Translations under genes and position numbers: made by a program
NCBI GenBank assembly: GCA_963850905.1
Contig: CAWKMU010000004.1
Location: forward strand, 649,698-713,697
Origin: an uncultured Gemmatimonadales bacterium
GTDB lineage: Bacteria; Gemmatimonadota; Gemmatimonadetes; Gemmatimonadales; Gemmatimonadaceae
Direction: 5' to 3'
DNA length: 64,000 nucleotides
Shown: piece after piece, positions 62,470-64,000 of the stretch
How positions within the stretch are numbered: the first letter of the stretch is position 1
How the letters are laid out: each line of letters begins with the position of its first letter
The notes under the pieces: generated by a model
Told to the model about the DNA's origin: nothing
The model's database searches: none
What the model saw: the letters and a program-made list of their open reading frames with translations, nothing else

Positions 62470-62880
62470 ATGCTCAAGAAGCGGAGCCACATGACAGCGG
62501 TCGCACCTGAAGAGCTCGGCCAAAGCGCCAATGACGCGGAACTGTCGCGCCTCAATCGTGACTACGTTCGCGCTGTTGAAGAACGGGACCCGCACTGGTT
62601 CAATGAACACCTGGCAGAGGACTTCACGAACACGTATGTGGATGGCACCTTCGCTGATCGCGCTGAGTTCATTGAGCGAGTCGCGCGTGATTCAGGTCTC
62701 TCGAACCGTCGACTGCTAGAAGTCGCGATCCGACGGATGGGTGACTTTGCAATCATTCACGCACGTACGATTTCCAATACGTCCTCCGGAGCGGAAGTAC
62801 TCACGCGTTATACCGACATCTGGGCGCGCCGTGACGGTCGGTGGGTCTGCGTGAGCGCACAACTGACGCGTAGCACCTGA
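62470..62880 (+). CDS. NTF2-like/DUF4440 protein
   Basis: LNRDYVRA, LAEDF, GDFAIIHART, RYTDIWARRDGRWVCVSAQ. Confidence 0.88.
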   Translation: MLKKRSHMTAVAPEELGQSANDAELSRLNRDYVRAVEERDPHWFNEHLAEDFTNTYVDGTFADRAEFIERVARDSGLSNRRLLEVAIRRMGDFAIIHARTISNTSSGAEVLTRYTDIWARRDGRWVCVSAQLTRST

Positions 62881-62979
62881 TTCGATTCACCGCTTCCGCG
62901 TGGACGCCCGGTGGGCTGACGCCTCCCCGGCGCCGGCGCCGCGAATTGCGGTATGTGGCGTTCCGGGCTGCTCTCCCAG

Positions 62980-63036
62980 ATCACCAAACACGACGCTCTT
63001 CTGGTACACCAGGAGCTTCTCGAAGGCGAACGGCAC
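62980..63036 (-). pseudogene. N-terminal stub of a four-helix-bundle (23S rRNA IVP-like) protein
   Basis: GTG-PFAFEKLLVYQKSVVFGD, after which similarity is lost. Confidence 0.6.
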
Positions 63037-63074
63037 GCTCCCATTCTGATTTTCTGCGTCAGCCAAGCGTCAGG

Positions 63075-63176
63075 GCAGAAAGCAGAAAGTAGAAAGTAGA
63101 CCGAGTAGCGCGGCCCCGTGGCGCTTTACCGCCATCGGGGCCCGTTGTTGCTTCTCGTCTACTTTCTACTTTCCGT
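63075..63176. repeat. Heptamer-armed long hairpin (GYAGAAA units, inner stem, inverted TTTCTAC)
   Basis: gcagaaa gcagaaa gtagaaa gtagac ... ggccccgtggcg/cgccatcggggcc ... gtctac tttctac tttcc. Confidence 0.8.
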
Positions 63177-63211
63177 TTCGCTACTCTCTATTTGGCCGCT
63201 CCGCGGACAAA

Positions 63212-63254
63212 TAGGCCTGGGTAGAGTTGAACTACCGACCTCACGCTTATCAGG
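63212..63254 (-). pseudogene. 3' half of tRNA-Ile(GAU); att-like remnant
   Basis: Reverse complement cCTGATAAgcgtgaggtc-ggtag-TTCAACT-ctacc-caggcct-a gives anticodon loop, T arm and acceptor 3' strand; the 5' half is degenerate and cannot pair. Confidence 0.88.
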
Positions 63255-63306
63255 AGGGCGAGCGAACCATCTGTTTATTGAAGGAAGCAGGCGAGTAACG
63301 GTCGTC

Positions 63307-63333
63307 TGTCGATTTCCCCGACCCTCGTTCGAC
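63307..63333 (+). promoter_or_regulatory. Putative ECF42 promoter
   Basis: TGTCGA, 17 nt, CGAC; leader homologous to 18048-18134. Confidence 0.65.
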
Positions 63334-63391
63334 GCCACTATAAGGGGTACTTCCGACCCCCGATTTCCGACCCTAGCTGAGGATCCGGACC

Positions 63392-63826
63392 ATGCGGTTC
63401 ATGGCAATCCATTTTTTCACGCAGGCCGGCGAGGCCGGCCCGATGCCGACGACCGAGCAAATGCAGACAGGGGTGAACTTCCACGAAGAGCAGGTGAAAG
63501 CCCGAGTGCTGTTGCAGGCCGAGGGGCTGCACCCGAGCTCGAAGGGTGCGCGTGTGCGGCTCTCGGGGGAGAAGCGGACGGTCACCGACGGGCCGTTCAC
63601 CGAGGCGAAGGAGCTCATCGGCGGGTTCTGGATTATTGAGGCCAAGTCGATGGAGGAGGCGATCGAGTGGGTCAAGCGCATTCCAAACCCGTGGCCGGAG
63701 GACACCGAGATCGAGGTCCGGCAGGTCGCCGAGCCCGAGGACGTGGAAGAGATGACGCCCGAACTTGTAGCGCAGATAGCGAGGCTGCACGGCGAGGCGC
63801 CGCTCGGTAGGGTGACGACACCCTGA
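63392..63826 (+). CDS. YciI/DGPF family protein (paralog of 17616-18047)
   Basis: GLHPSSKGARV, DGPFTEAKELIGGFW. Confidence 0.92.
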   Translation: MRFMAIHFFTQAGEAGPMPTTEQMQTGVNFHEEQVKARVLLQAEGLHPSSKGARVRLSGEKRTVTDGPFTEAKELIGGFWIIEAKSMEEAIEWVKRIPNPWPEDTEIEVRQVAEPEDVEEMTPELVAQIARLHGEAPLGRVTTP

Positions 63827-63870
63827 GCCTCAGCCAAAAATCACGGGACCAATCTGCGGGGAATCTCTAC

Positions 63871-64000
63871 ACGGCCGGGTACAATCGCGCGTACACGCCG
63901 ACGGAGGATGTTTGGGTGGCGACGTTGCCGGTGGGGCACGCGGATGGATGGCCGAGGGTGGCGGCGAAGGGGGCGAAGGTTCGGATCAACGGGACATTGC
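63871..64000 (+). pseudogene. Alanine racemase C-terminal-domain fragment (runs off the window)
   Basis: TAGYNRAYTPTEDVWVATLPVGHADGWPRVAAKGAKVRING; no start or N-terminal domain after the YciI stop. Confidence 0.65.

Noticed and set aside
62980..63036. Avd-like gene suggesting a diversity-generating retroelement
   Set aside because: Only a stub of about 19 codons; no reverse transcriptase or TR/VR pair seen
44254..63060. Integron cassette array
   Set aside because: Genes are in mixed orientation; no recurring attC sites or intI recognised
63212..63285. Functional tRNA-Ile gene
   Set aside because: The 5' acceptor strand, D stem and anticodon stem do not pair

Overview
GC-rich bacterial accessory region. 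The gene content (LVIVD/DUF305 pair, M61-PDZ peptidases, ferritin-like pair, ECF42/YciI) suggests a soil Gemmatimonadota-like genome, but this is inference only. It is a patchwork of about 50 small metabolic, transport and regulatory genes in mixed orientation. I found no rRNA, intact tRNA, CRISPR, integrase or transposase. Main observations: (1) a 3' half of tRNA-Ile(GAU) at 63212-63254 (minus strand), whose downstream hairpin/flank recurs in decayed form and the same orientation at ~10.35 kb and ~26.7 kb, each time at a gene-block border, suggesting serial integration at tRNA-Ile; (2) a candidate D-arabinofuranoside/D-arabinose catabolic locus (GH172, DUF6786, FucP-like permease, isomerase, ribulokinase, GH116, CobW-like GTPase); (3) an oxalate module (OxlT, PanE2-like reductase, oxalate-CoA ligase); (4) an orphan three-gene operon led by a fibre-like protein with an autocleaving chaperone-type C-terminus; (5) a duplicated YciI/ECF42 promoter unit and a LytTR-type 21-bp-period repeat; (6) many short gene stubs between intact genes, two heptamer-armed long hairpins, and several frameshifted genes. 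All family calls come from motif recognition by eye, not from database searches.
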